From: an uncultured Bacteroidales bacterium
GTDB lineage: Bacteria > Bacteroidota > Bacteroidia > Bacteroidales > UBA932
Reading direction: 5' to 3'
DNA length: 64,000 nt
NCBI GenBank assembly: GCA_946529105.1
Contig: CAMMYY010000018.1
Coordinates: 7,896 to 71,895, forward strand
Positions 9,786-19,948 of the stretch are shown here, piece by piece. The first letter of the stretch is position 1. Each line of letters begins with the position of its first letter. Under the pieces are notes generated by a model. The model was not told the DNA's origin. It worked only from the letters and a program-made list of their open reading frames with translations, and searched no databases. A program made the translations under genes and the position numbers.

Positions 9786-11753
9786 TTAGTGTTTATAAGT
9801 CTCTGTATCAAAAGCTTTAGGACGCTTCATGGATTCCGTGTACACGTTCCCAAAACGGTCCGTCACCTTGATTTCCAGGGTAGAAGAGGCCGACGATGCC
9901 TTCACCTTGAAGGTATGGGCGTTCGTGGTCGTCGCGAATGTGGCTTTGGAGTTCTTGTTGATGCGTTTGGCCGTATAGGCAATCAGGTGGAGCGGATCCG
10001 GAACGGTCACCTGGGAGGACGCAAGGACCGACCCGTTTTCCGTCACTTCCAGCTTCCAGGAAGGATCCCAGTTCCAGACATTGACATACACTTCGTTTGT
10101 TGCATCCGGCGTTGCCCAAAGACCGGGCTTGAAGTCGGCCTTATAGGTTTCATTGGTAGCCGAAGGAATGTACTTGTCGGCTGTAATGAGGGTGTTGTTC
10201 CGGTCATAGGTGCGGAACTGTTCCGACACGCTGCTTCCCGTAGCCTTGTACTGCCACTGGAAGTCTGTCCCGTTCACTTTCAGGACGGTATATCCGCCGG
10301 GAGAACCGTCCTGGCCGATGTGCACACCGGGCGTCTCCTGCGCACTCCACCACCAGGTTCCGCAAATGGACCCTGCATTGTGTTCGAAGATGTGGTTTGT
10401 GGATGTCTTGTCCACATTGTAGATGGTATGCGTATGGGCGGTGTATACATGCACCTTGGGATACTTGCTCAACAGGGCGGTCAGTTTGGAAGCCCCGTCC
10501 ATCCTGACGGAACCGCTGGGATTGTACATGGGAATATGCATGGAGACCACCAGAGGCGTAGACGTGGGCACAAAGGCCAGGTCTTTCTGGAGCCAGTCAA
10601 TCTGCTGGTCCACCAGATGGTCTTTATAAGTACGGACATAGCAGGGATTTCCCTTTTCATCCGTCGTGGCCTCCTTATTGGTACACTCCACGTCGTCCAG
10701 CACCACATAATGCACTTTTCCCACATTAAAGGAATAATACGTGGGCGCAACGACCTTCTTATACTCTTCCACGGTATTGTAGTCCCCTATCTGGTACATG
10801 CTGTGGTCATGGTTGCCGATGGTCTGGTAGATTGTCAGACCGGTGATGGTCTGGGCGTCGGCCAGATATTCCCTGTAACCGTAATTATTGACTTCCCAGT
10901 ACAAGTCCCAGGTCATGTCGCCCAGGGTGAGGCCGTACATGGGACCGCTCAACGTCTGCGTATAAGCGTTGATGTCATTGACAAAAGCCTTGAACTGGTT
11001 GCGGTCATTGGTGCGGTTCGCGAGGTGGATGTCTCCCAGCATGAGCATGGTATGGTTCTCCTGCCCGGAGACTTTCTTGAGCTGGAAATCCACTCTTTCG
11101 GGAACGTTGGACGGCTGTTCCAGCTGGCTGTGGATAACGGGCAGGATGCCGCTTCTCAGGGGCTCATAGCCGGAAGGGACGCTCACGAACACGTATTTGT
11201 GGTATTTGGCCGACGCGAGCTGGTACACGCCGTCCTTGTCTGTCTTCACCACCTGCACGCCGTCGGAGACCACCACATCCGGAACCCCCTCCCCGTCGCA
11301 GATTACCTTGCCGTATACCGTACTCCCGGCGGCCGGTTTCAAGCCCTCTTCTTCCTTGGCTTTCACCACGACCTGCATCTGACCCATCTTTTTGGACGTG
11401 GTTCCGCGGCGGATATTCACCGTATAAGTCCCGTTGCCGAAGGACTGGTCCCAAAGCCCGGAGATATTCACATCAAAAAAGGTGGAGGTGATATTCTGTA
11501 TGGCGCAAGGGGAAAGATTGCCGAGGACAATCTGATCTCCCTGCTGGGGCGCCTTGGAAAACTGCACCCGGAAAGAAATGGTGGGAGCGCCGTATTCTAT
11601 CTCCATCTTTTCCGGGACGTCAAACTGGACACTCTCAAGGAGACTCCCGCCTGCAGACGGATTATCTTCCTTCCCGCTGCAGCCTGCCACGAAGAGCCCA
11701 ATAGCACAAATAACTGATAGATAATAAAGTACAGAAAAATGACTGTCGTTCAT
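9786..11753 (-). CDS. Calcineurin-like metallophosphoesterase lipoprotein
   Basis: Lipobox VAGC; VVVSDG N-module; metal motifs GDIH, GD, GNHD, HTH; DGSPGGY; ATG at 11753 (alternative TTG at 11774). Confidence 0.85.
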   Translation of the reverse strand: MNDSHFSVLYYLSVICAIGLFVAGCSGKEDNPSAGGSLLESVQFDVPEKMEIEYGAPTISFRVQFSKAPQQGDQIVLGNLSPCAIQNITSTFFDVNISGLWDQSFGNGTYTVNIRRGTTSKKMGQMQVVVKAKEEEGLKPAAGSTVYGKVICDGEGVPDVVVSDGVQVVKTDKDGVYQLASAKYHKYVFVSVPSGYEPLRSGILPVIHSQLEQPSNVPERVDFQLKKVSGQENHTMLMLGDIHLANRTNDRNQFKAFVNDINAYTQTLSGPMYGLTLGDMTWDLYWEVNNYGYREYLADAQTITGLTIYQTIGNHDHSMYQIGDYNTVEEYKKVVAPTYYSFNVGKVHYVVLDDVECTNKEATTDEKGNPCYVRTYKDHLVDQQIDWLQKDLAFVPTSTPLVVSMHIPMYNPSGSVRMDGASKLTALLSKYPKVHVYTAHTHTIYNVDKTSTNHIFEHNAGSICGTWWWSAQETPGVHIGQDGSPGGYTVLKVNGTDFQWQYKATGSSVSEQFRTYDRNNTLITADKYIPSATNETYKADFKPGLWATPDATNEVYVNVWNWDPSWKLEVTENGSVLASSQVTVPDPLHLIAYTAKRINKNSKATFATTTNAHTFKVKASSASSTLEIKVTDRFGNVYTESMKRPKAFDTETYKH

Positions 11754-11809
11754 AAGTCTAGTTCGGTTTTTCAAGGTAAAATTATGAATTTTTTAATAAA
11801 AACGGAAGG

Positions 11810-11835
11810 CAAAAGTAATTTTTTTATTATCTTTG
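11810..11835. promoter_or_regulatory. Divergent Bacteroidetes -7 promoter elements
   Basis: TACTTTTG on minus (11810-11817) and TATCTTTG on plus (11828-11835) in an AT-rich spacer. Confidence 0.6.
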
Positions 11836-11858
11836 ATTCGACAAGCTTATATATCGCT

Positions 11859-12935
11859 ATGTTTAAACGGGACTTTTTCATTATTCTGCTGGCGCTCATC
11901 AGTTCTTACTGCCTTCAGGCACAGGAGATTGTCTACACGGAAGCCTCTTCCCTTACCCTTACCGGAAAACTGTTCCCGGACACGCCCAATCCCTATCACC
12001 GGGTAGATACGGTGAAGTACAAAGGCTTCACCCGGTCGGAAAACCGCCAGGTCAGGGAGTCTTCCGGCATTGCCGTCGCATTCTCCACGGACAGCCCCAT
12101 CATCAAGGTGAAGACGGTTTTCGGAGAGAAGGAAACGCCCGTGAACACCATGGGAATCAGCGCCTATGGCTATGACCTGTACATCCGGAAAGACGGCCGA
12201 TGGCTGTGGGCCGGAGCCGCCGCCCAGAACAAGCAGGTGTCAGAAGTAACCGTCGTGCAGGCAATGGACGCGGGAGAAAAGGAATGCCTGCTGTACCTTC
12301 CTCTCCTCAGCGAAGAACTTTCCATCCAGATCGGCATACAGGAAGGCTGCCATTTGCGTGCACTCCCCAACCCTTTCCGGCACCGGATCGGCATCTTCGG
12401 ATCCAGCTTCACCCACGGAATCAGCACCTCCCGGAGCGGCATGACCTACCCCGCCCAATTCTCCCGAAGCACCGGCATCCAACTGCTGAGCCTGGGATGC
12501 AGCGGCAACTGCAAAATGCAGCCCTATTTTGCCGACGCCCTCATGGATGCTCCCGTGGACGGTTTTGTTTTTGATACATTTTCCAATCCTAACGAAGCCC
12601 AGATCCGTGAACGGCTGTTCCCCTTCATCGAAAAAATGACCGGGGCCCATCCCGGAAAACCCCTGATTTTCCAGCGGACCATCTACAGGGAAAACCGCAA
12701 TTTCAACACGGCATCGGCCCAAAAAGAGGAATCCCGCATCGCGCTCGTGGATTCCCTGATGGCCGTCGCCTGCGCCCGGTATCCGGATGTCTATTATATT
12801 TACCCGGATGCCGGCGCCCCGGACCACGAGACGTCCGTTGACGGAATCCATCCTTCCAATCACGGATACAGCCTCTGGGCCAAATCCATCGAAAAAGCCA
12901 TCCTGGCCATCCTTCACAAATACGGAATCCAGTAA
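11859..12935 (+). CDS. Secreted SGNH/GDSL hydrolase (GxDLY-type)
   Basis: Signal peptide; GYDLY motif; GSSFTHG nucleophile block; DGIHP; ATG at 11859. Confidence 0.85.
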   Translation: MFKRDFFIILLALISSYCLQAQEIVYTEASSLTLTGKLFPDTPNPYHRVDTVKYKGFTRSENRQVRESSGIAVAFSTDSPIIKVKTVFGEKETPVNTMGISAYGYDLYIRKDGRWLWAGAAAQNKQVSEVTVVQAMDAGEKECLLYLPLLSEELSIQIGIQEGCHLRALPNPFRHRIGIFGSSFTHGISTSRSGMTYPAQFSRSTGIQLLSLGCSGNCKMQPYFADALMDAPVDGFVFDTFSNPNEAQIRERLFPFIEKMTGAHPGKPLIFQRTIYRENRNFNTASAQKEESRIALVDSLMAVACARYPDVYYIYPDAGAPDHETSVDGIHPSNHGYSLWAKSIEKAILAILHKYGIQ

Positions 12936-12946
12936 TAAACCAAACT

Positions 12947-15211
12947 ATGAAAAATACGTTCCTGGCCATTCTCACGGCCTGTTTGATTGTCCTGCCCGCC
13001 CAGGCAAGGAAAGTACGCGGAAACGTTTCCTCGGAAGGAAAAGCGCTCCCTGGCGTCATCGTATCGGACGGATACCGCTTCACCTCCACCAAAGCCGACG
13101 GAAGTTTCACCCTCAACACCCACAAGGATGCCCGTTTCGTATTTGTCATCACCCCTTCGGGCTATGTGGCCGACTTTTCCTCCGGCACTCCGCAGTTCTA
13201 CCTGCCCCTCAAAGGAACGAAGGCTTTTGATTTCCGCCTGAACAAACTCTCCGACAATGAAGACTATACCCTGTTCTCAGTTTCCGACCCTCAGATGCAG
13301 AACAAAAAGCATCTGGCGCGTTTTATGGGGCGTCCGCTGGGAGACCTCAGGGGCATGGCCAAAAAGTACGCCGCAGAGCGCCAGACTATCGGCATCGCCC
13401 TCGGAGACATTGCCTGGAACAAACTCTGGGTCTATGAACCGTACAAGAAAGCCATGGCCTCGACCGGCATTCCCTTCTACGCCGTCATCGGCAACCATGA
13501 TTTCATCCAGAACCGGGACGGAATTGCCGCCGGAGAAGGGTATGAGGAGGCTTTCGGCCCGTACAACTATGCTTTCTGGCTGGGGAAAGACCTGGTGATC
13601 GGCCTGAACAGTATCCTGTTCAAAGGGAACGGAACCGACGATCCGGAAAAGAGTTCCAACAATTACCAGGAGGGCTATTCCGAAGAGACCCTGGGATTCG
13701 TGGCCGGCCTGCTGCAGTTTATTCCCAAGGGGACGCACATCTTCGTCGCCCAACACAGCCCCATCCGTTTTGTCCATGAGATGAAGAGCAACGACATCGT
13801 GAATGCCCGGCGCTTGCTGGACCTGCTGGAAGGATACACCGTGGACATTCTCTCCGGCCACACGCACATCATGAACAAACTGCGCATCAACGACCATGTG
13901 ACAGACAACAACGCCGCAGCCATCGGGGGCGCCTGGTGGGCCACCGACTGGTGCCGGGACGGCTCTCCCCGTGGATACGAGATCATTACCCGTGTCGGGG
14001 AAAACCGCAGCTGGCGCTGGCACAACCTGGATTATCCGGACGACTTCCAGGTGGAATTCATAGAGATGGACAAAGCCTGGCGGCATCCCAACAGCGTCCT
14101 GGCCAACGCCTGGGGGGCCGACGGGAACTGGACCTGCACCTGGACGCAGGACGGCGTGGAAATGGGCTCTCTGGAACGTCAAAGCGACTTTTCCACCAGC
14201 TACGGACAGGAAATCCTGGCGGTATACAAAGGCGACTTCTCCAAGATTCCGGGCTACAAACGCCCCATTGCAGAGCAGCATTACTTTATCGCCACGCCCT
14301 CACAGTATGCTTCCGAGGTAACGATGACGGTTTCAGCCCCGGACGGCCGCACTTGGACCCATACCTTCGACCTCAGGGGCAGCTACATCGACCTGCAGGC
14401 CCACAGGGGCGGCGCCGGCCTGATGCCGGAAAACACGCTGTCGGCCATGAAAAACGCCATGGACCTGCATGTGAACACCCTGGAATTCGACCTCCAGCTG
14501 TCGGCCGACAAAAAGGTGGTCGTTTCCCATGACAATTACTTCCATCCCCGGTATTCCATGCGTCCCGACAGTACGCTCATCCAAAAAGAAGACCCCAAGG
14601 AGTACCTGTACACCATGCCGTATGACAGCATCGCGAAATACGACGTCGGCCTGCGTTTCGTGGACCGCTGGCCCGAACAAAAAAAGGTCTCCGAACACAA
14701 GCCCCTGGCTTCCGACCTGATTGATTTCACGGAAAACTACGCCCGGGACAACCACCTCTCCCCTTTCCGTTACAATATCGAAATCAAATCCCGCAAAGGC
14801 AAGGGCGAAGGGAATCTTTGGCCTTCTTACGAGGAATTCTGCGACACCTGCATTCCCCTGCTCCTTTCAAAGAACCTGGGAGACCGTCTGGTGGTGCAGA
14901 GTTTCGACATCCGCGCGCTGGAATACATCCATGCGCATTATCCGCAGGTGCAGCTGTCCTTCCTCACCGACCAGGAGCCGGAAATTGCCGACATTCTCGC
15001 TTCCCTGAGTTTCCTTCCCCGCTGGTGGTCGCCCCACTTCAGCCAGGTGACCCGTGAGAATGTCGCCTACTGCCATGCCCTGGGCATCAAAGTCGTGCCA
15101 TGGACGGTAGACGAAGAAGATGACATCGCCCGCATGGTTTCCTGCGGAGTCGATGCCATCATCTCCAATTATCCGGACCGGCTCATTCAAGTGGTCCGGA
15201 AATACAATTAA
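12947..15211 (+). CDS. Secreted fusion of calcineurin-like phosphoesterase and glycerophosphodiester phosphodiesterase (GDPD)
   Basis: N-half SDPQ, GD, GNHD, GHTH; C-half AHRG..PENT, EFDL, SHD, NIEIK, PWTVD, GVDAIISNYPD. Confidence 0.9.
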   Translation: MKNTFLAILTACLIVLPAQARKVRGNVSSEGKALPGVIVSDGYRFTSTKADGSFTLNTHKDARFVFVITPSGYVADFSSGTPQFYLPLKGTKAFDFRLNKLSDNEDYTLFSVSDPQMQNKKHLARFMGRPLGDLRGMAKKYAAERQTIGIALGDIAWNKLWVYEPYKKAMASTGIPFYAVIGNHDFIQNRDGIAAGEGYEEAFGPYNYAFWLGKDLVIGLNSILFKGNGTDDPEKSSNNYQEGYSEETLGFVAGLLQFIPKGTHIFVAQHSPIRFVHEMKSNDIVNARRLLDLLEGYTVDILSGHTHIMNKLRINDHVTDNNAAAIGGAWWATDWCRDGSPRGYEIITRVGENRSWRWHNLDYPDDFQVEFIEMDKAWRHPNSVLANAWGADGNWTCTWTQDGVEMGSLERQSDFSTSYGQEILAVYKGDFSKIPGYKRPIAEQHYFIATPSQYASEVTMTVSAPDGRTWTHTFDLRGSYIDLQAHRGGAGLMPENTLSAMKNAMDLHVNTLEFDLQLSADKKVVVSHDNYFHPRYSMRPDSTLIQKEDPKEYLYTMPYDSIAKYDVGLRFVDRWPEQKKVSEHKPLASDLIDFTENYARDNHLSPFRYNIEIKSRKGKGEGNLWPSYEEFCDTCIPLLLSKNLGDRLVVQSFDIRALEYIHAHYPQVQLSFLTDQEPEIADILASLSFLPRWWSPHFSQVTRENVAYCHALGIKVVPWTVDEEDDIARMVSCGVDAIISNYPDRLIQVVRKYN

Positions 15212-15945
15212 AAGACCAGCACGTACAGACCGGCGGCGAGGGCGGCGCCCACGCAGGGGCCGGCGACGGGAATCCAGCTGTACCACCAGCCGCTGTCCCG
15301 CTTCCCTTCGATGGGAAGGACAGCGTGGGCGCAGCGGGGGCTCAGGTCACGGGCCGGGTTCAGGGCGTAACCGGTGGTTCCGCCAAGGGACATGCCGATA
15401 CTCATGATCAGGCAGGTCACGGGCCAGGAGCCCAGGGAGCCGGTCGATGCGGCGACGCCGCCGATCTGGAAGGCGTTTCCGCTGAAGCCGAGAGCCAGGA
15501 TCACGAAAACCAGCAGGCAGGTGGCGATGACCTCACAGACGAAATTGCGCCAGGGATTGGCGATGGCCGGCATGGTGCAGAACGTGCCCAGGATGGTGTC
15601 GGGCTCGTCGGCCGTGGCTTTATAATGGTCTTTGTAGAAAATCCAGACCAGTACGGCGCCAAGGAAACCGCCCAGCATCTGCGCCACGATATAACCGCAG
15701 ACAGATGCCCAGGGGAATGTTCCGGCGATAGCAAGGCCCAGCGTGACAGCAGGGTTCAGGTGCGCGCCGGAAACAGGGCCGGCGATCAGCACGCCCATCA
15801 TCACGGCAAGGCCCCAGCCCAGGGCGATCACCACCCAGCCGGCGCCTTTCGCCTTGGATTTATTCAGGGAGCAGGCGGCGCAGACACCGTCTCCCAGCAG
15901 GACCAGCACCAAGGTGCCGATGAATTCGAAAATATACTGTGTCAT
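15208..15945 (-). CDS. glpF: Glycerol uptake facilitator (MIP family)
   Basis: SGAHLNPAVT and GYALNPARD (NPARD marks glyceroporins); follows glpK. Confidence 0.95.
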   Translation of the reverse strand: MTQYIFEFIGTLVLVLLGDGVCAACSLNKSKAKGAGWVVIALGWGLAVMMGVLIAGPVSGAHLNPAVTLGLAIAGTFPWASVCGYIVAQMLGGFLGAVLVWIFYKDHYKATADEPDTILGTFCTMPAIANPWRNFVCEVIATCLLVFVILALGFSGNAFQIGGVAASTGSLGSWPVTCLIMSIGMSLGGTTGYALNPARDLSPRCAHAVLPIEGKRDSGWWYSWIPVAGPCVGAALAAGLYVLVF

Positions 15946-15954
15946 ACTAATCAA

Positions 15955-17436
15955 TTATTTACTTACGGTTCTGCCGATGGCGTCGGCCCAGCCTTCCTTG
16001 ACCGGAGTCATGTCGGCACCGGAAGGGGTGAAGGTCCGCTCCGCCTGCCACTGACGTTTGACTTCCTCGATGTCTTTCCAGTAGCCGACGGCGAGGCCGG
16101 CCAGGTAGCAGGCGCCCAGGGCGGTGGTCTCCGTCACCTGCGGGCGGATGACGTCGGCGCCGAGGATGTCGGCCTGGAACTGCATCATGAGGTTGTTGCG
16201 GGAAGCGCCGCCGTCCACTTTCAGTTCGGCCAGAGAGACGCCGGCATCCTTTTCCATGGCGCGGACAATGTCCATGGTCTGGAACGCGATGCCTTCCAGC
16301 GCCGCACGGGCGATATGGGCCGACGTGGTTCCACGGGTGATGCCGCAGATGACGCCATGGGCGTACTGGTCCCAGTAAGGGGCGCCCATACCGGTAAGGG
16401 CGGGGACGAAGTAGACACCGCCGTTGTCCGGGACGCTGGCCGCCAGGGCTTCCACCTCGGAGGAGGAACGGATGATGCCCAGGCCGTCACGCAGCCACTG
16501 CACCACGCTGCCACCCACGAAGATGGATCCTTCCAGGGCATAATTCACCGTATCTCCGATCTTCCATGCGATGGTCGTAAGGAGGTTGTTGCGCGAGAGA
16601 ATGGGCTGGGTGCCGGTGTTCATCAGGAGGAAGCAGCCGGTGCCATACGTATTCTTCACAGAGCCGGGTGCCGTGCACATCTGGCCGAAAAGGGCGGCCT
16701 GCTGGTCTCCGGCAATGCCGGCGATGGGCACCTCATGGGCAAAGATGGTGGTCTTGGTGTAACCGTACACCTCCGAAGAGGAGCGGACGGTGGGCATCAT
16801 GGACTGCGGGATGTCCAGCAGTTCCAGTAGCTCGGTGTCCCACTGCAGCGTATTGATGTTGAACAGCATGGTACGGGAAGCGTTGGACACATCCGTGATG
16901 TGCACTTCCCCGCGGGTAAGCTGCCAGACCAGCCAGCTGTCCACCGTACCGAAGCGGAGGTATCCTGCCTCGGCCTTTTCACGGGCACCGGGGACATTGT
17001 CCAGGATCCATTTGATCTTGGTGCCGGAGAAATAGGCATCGATGATGAGACCGGTCTTTTCGCGGATCTTATCCACCAGGCCGCGCTCTTTGAGCGAATC
17101 GCAAAAGGCCGACGTACGGCGGTCCTGCCAGACGATGGCCTTGCAGACAGGCTGTCCCGTCCGGGCATCCCAGACAATGGTGGTCTCCCGCTGGTTGGTA
17201 ATGCCGATGGCGGCGATATCCAAGCCGTTGATTCCGATCTTGGAGATAGCCTCGGCGATGACGGCCGCTTCCGAAGACCAGATTTCCATGGGGTCGTGCT
17301 CCACCCAGCCGGGCTGGGGGAAGTACTGCGGGAATTCCTGCTGGGCCACGGAACAGATGTTTCCGTCGTGGTCAAAGACAATAGCCCTGGAAGAGCTGGT
17401 TCCCTGGTCCAGGGCTAAAATATACTTTCCTGCCAT
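15955..17436 (-). CDS. glpK: Glycerol kinase
   Basis: [44 protein letters not shown]. Confidence 0.97.
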   Translation of the reverse strand: MAGKYILALDQGTSSSRAIVFDHDGNICSVAQQEFPQYFPQPGWVEHDPMEIWSSEAAVIAEAISKIGINGLDIAAIGITNQRETTIVWDARTGQPVCKAIVWQDRRTSAFCDSLKERGLVDKIREKTGLIIDAYFSGTKIKWILDNVPGAREKAEAGYLRFGTVDSWLVWQLTRGEVHITDVSNASRTMLFNINTLQWDTELLELLDIPQSMMPTVRSSSEVYGYTKTTIFAHEVPIAGIAGDQQAALFGQMCTAPGSVKNTYGTGCFLLMNTGTQPILSRNNLLTTIAWKIGDTVNYALEGSIFVGGSVVQWLRDGLGIIRSSSEVEALAASVPDNGGVYFVPALTGMGAPYWDQYAHGVICGITRGTTSAHIARAALEGIAFQTMDIVRAMEKDAGVSLAELKVDGGASRNNLMMQFQADILGADVIRPQVTETTALGACYLAGLAVGYWKDIEEVKRQWQAERTFTPSGADMTPVKEGWADAIGRTVSK

Positions 17437-17437
17437 A

Positions 17438-18448
17438 TTATTTGTTCACAATAACTCCGCAAGGGGCGCCGAGGGGATAATTGCCCACGGCGATCATGTT
17501 CTTGACAGTCTTGAGGAAGTTCCCGACTTTCCGGGTATACTCCTCAGGATACTTGGCATAGGAATTGGCATGGACGGCGCCGGGGGCTACCCAATAGTCC
17601 TTATAACCGGTTTTCTTGGCCTTGTAGTTCTCCCAGAGGTGGCTGAAGGGGACGAAGTCGTCCGCGTCGCCGTGGATGAAAAACATCGGGCGGTCGCACT
17701 TGGCAAGCTGGGGGCGGCAGTCGGCCTCTTCGAATCTCCAGCCGTTTTCTTTGCCGGAAACAATGCTCGCGCTGGTGATGATGGCATTGGGGAGGAGCTT
17801 GCTCATGTCGTCCAGATTCTTCTTGAACTGGTCGGTCACAGAGCAGTAGCCGCAATCCTCCACAAAGCACTTCACGTAGTCCGGAAGGGGCTCGCCGCTG
17901 GTCATCATGACGGTAGCTGCACCCATGGACACGCCGTGGAGCACCATGAAGTCGTCATTGAATTTCTGATGGGCCACTTCGATCCATTTCAGCATGTCCA
18001 GGCGGTCTTTCCAGCCCATCTGGATTTCCTCGCCTTCCGAGTAACCGTGGTACTGGAGGTCCGGGAACAGGACATTGTAGTTGAAGGTGTCCCGATACAT
18101 GCGCACAAGATAGAGGAAGACAAAGTGGTTGTCTCCGTAGCCGTGAACCACGATAGCAGTTCCCTGGGCATTTGCAGGGTCTTTCGCAGGGATGTAGCAG
18201 GCGTGGAGTTTATGGCCCTCGTCGCTGGTGATCCATTCGTCTTTCAGGATGCCCTGGGCTTTGTAATTGTCGTACCAGGCAGTGGAACCGGGCATGAGTG
18301 AATCGGCCTTATGGCGAGTGCGCTCAATGTCATCCACGCCGTGAGGGGTGGGCGTAAGGGCGTAATGAGCCATGAACTTGCCGGCGAGGCAGCTGTTCAG
18401 GGAAAGGGCCATCAGGGCGATGGCTGCAATGTTCAGAATCTTTTTCAT
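17438..18448 (-). CDS. Alpha/beta hydrolase lipoprotein (putative lipase/esterase)
   Basis: Lipobox LNSC; HGYG oxyanion motif, GVSMG nucleophile, [13 protein letters not shown]. Confidence 0.85.
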   Translation of the reverse strand: MKKILNIAAIALMALSLNSCLAGKFMAHYALTPTPHGVDDIERTRHKADSLMPGSTAWYDNYKAQGILKDEWITSDEGHKLHACYIPAKDPANAQGTAIVVHGYGDNHFVFLYLVRMYRDTFNYNVLFPDLQYHGYSEGEEIQMGWKDRLDMLKWIEVAHQKFNDDFMVLHGVSMGAATVMMTSGEPLPDYVKCFVEDCGYCSVTDQFKKNLDDMSKLLPNAIITSASIVSGKENGWRFEEADCRPQLAKCDRPMFFIHGDADDFVPFSHLWENYKAKKTGYKDYWVAPGAVHANSYAKYPEEYTRKVGNFLKTVKNMIAVGNYPLGAPCGVIVNK

Positions 18449-18454
18449 GGTCTC

Positions 18455-19810
18455 TTAGAACTGATAGTTGATGCCGATACCCAGCCACATGCCCGCGTCG
18501 AGCGGTTTGTAGAAGCACTTGGCCAGTTCTACGGAGACGATGAAGTTCTGGTTCATGGCAATCTTCAGACCGGCACCGCCGCTGTAGACGAAGTCGCCCA
18601 CTTTACCGGCGTCGTAAAGCTGGTTCAGAGGAAGATACGTAGGGACGAGCGCCGTCTTGGCCGCTTCGAACTCAGCGGTGCGGTAAGCCTTGGTGATGAT
18701 ACCGGCATCGAAGAACGGGTTCACGGCGATGTAGAAGTACTGGTTGAAAAGCTTGAAGTTCACCAGTTTCACACGCAGTTCCACGTTGGCCCATGCGAAG
18801 CCTTCGGTGAGGATGCGGTTCTCACGCAGGCCGCGGATGGTGTTGGAAGAGCCGAAGCCTTCGGAGATCATGTTGCGCTGAACCAGCAGCGGGTTGTTCT
18901 GGATCATGTAAAGGGGCGTCTCGCCGGCAATGGTCTGCTGCCAGGCCAGACGATAGGCGAATACAGGGTCTCCGGCCGGAATGTGGATGGGAATGTCCAC
19001 ATAGTGACGGAAGTAGGCGCAGGCTTTCAGGTACTTGTGCTGCAGGACATTGCCGTTCAGATAAGCCTCAGCCCAGATACCGTGGTTCGGGGCGGCCTCG
19101 ATGTCACGGGTGTCATACACCAGGCCGGCATTGAATTCCAGCGCGTTGCCGCCGGCAGCCTCGTCGGCCTTGATGATGCCCAGGCTCTGATAATCGCGGT
19201 ACAGCGTCGCGGTTTTTTTGTAGTAGGACTTGTCCGTTTCGCCTTCCTTCTTGTAGCCCTTGTCCTCCATGTCGCCGAGCTTCCAGTTCCAGAAGTTCAC
19301 GCCGGCGGCCCAGTTCAGGTTGTCGGTGATACGGCCCTGGAAATTGGCCAGCACGCGGAGCATCTTGCGGCTCATGCCGTAGTAGTTGATGTCGGTTTCC
19401 TTGTTGGTCCAATACGTGTCATAGGGTTCCGCGAGATTGGTCAGGGATGCCGGACCGTTGAAGCCCCAGAAGCTGTACAGCGGGTCGTTCACATAGGTGA
19501 CCGAGGCGTTGACGCGCATGCCGGGGATCAGGTACTTGGAGTCGTAAGCCAGGTACAGGCGCATGCGCTGGCTCTTGGTGAAATAGGAAGCTTCCCAACT
19601 GATCTTGTGGAGGGGATCCGGGTAGGTGGAACCGTCACCATAATAATACACGTCGCCGAAGGCGCCGGCCTGGAAGCCATTGTCAACGGAATAAGTGGCA
19701 GTAGGAAGAAGGCCGAAGCTCCAGCCTTTCTTCATTTCCTTTTCGCCATCCTGGGCCGCGGCGGAAAACACGGAGGCAACCAGGAACAATGAAATAAACA
19801 ATTTCTTCAT
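18455..19810 (-). CDS. Omp85/BamA-TamA-like outer-membrane barrel protein without POTRA domains
   Basis: Signal peptide; YDTRD...P..G; IRG loop-6-like motif (NTIRGLRENR); C-terminal beta-signal INYQF. Confidence 0.75.
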   Translation of the reverse strand: MKKLFISLFLVASVFSAAAQDGEKEMKKGWSFGLLPTATYSVDNGFQAGAFGDVYYYGDGSTYPDPLHKISWEASYFTKSQRMRLYLAYDSKYLIPGMRVNASVTYVNDPLYSFWGFNGPASLTNLAEPYDTYWTNKETDINYYGMSRKMLRVLANFQGRITDNLNWAAGVNFWNWKLGDMEDKGYKKEGETDKSYYKKTATLYRDYQSLGIIKADEAAGGNALEFNAGLVYDTRDIEAAPNHGIWAEAYLNGNVLQHKYLKACAYFRHYVDIPIHIPAGDPVFAYRLAWQQTIAGETPLYMIQNNPLLVQRNMISEGFGSSNTIRGLRENRILTEGFAWANVELRVKLVNFKLFNQYFYIAVNPFFDAGIITKAYRTAEFEAAKTALVPTYLPLNQLYDAGKVGDFVYSGGAGLKIAMNQNFIVSVELAKCFYKPLDAGMWLGIGINYQF

Positions 19811-19851
19811 ATACTTAAGTTTTAGTGTTAATTTTTCTCGTTAATAACATA

Positions 19852-19859
19852 CAAAGTTA
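19852..19859 (-). promoter_or_regulatory. -7 promoter element for the omp85-hydrolase-glpK-glpF operon
   Basis: TAACTTTG on the minus strand about 40 nt upstream of the ATG. Confidence 0.55.
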
Positions 19860-19948
19860 ATAATTATTTCCGGGAAACAAATAGAAGTATCCTTTTGCAG
19901 TCTCAGAAAGAATGACTATCTTTATGCACCCAAATAACACGAAAACTT

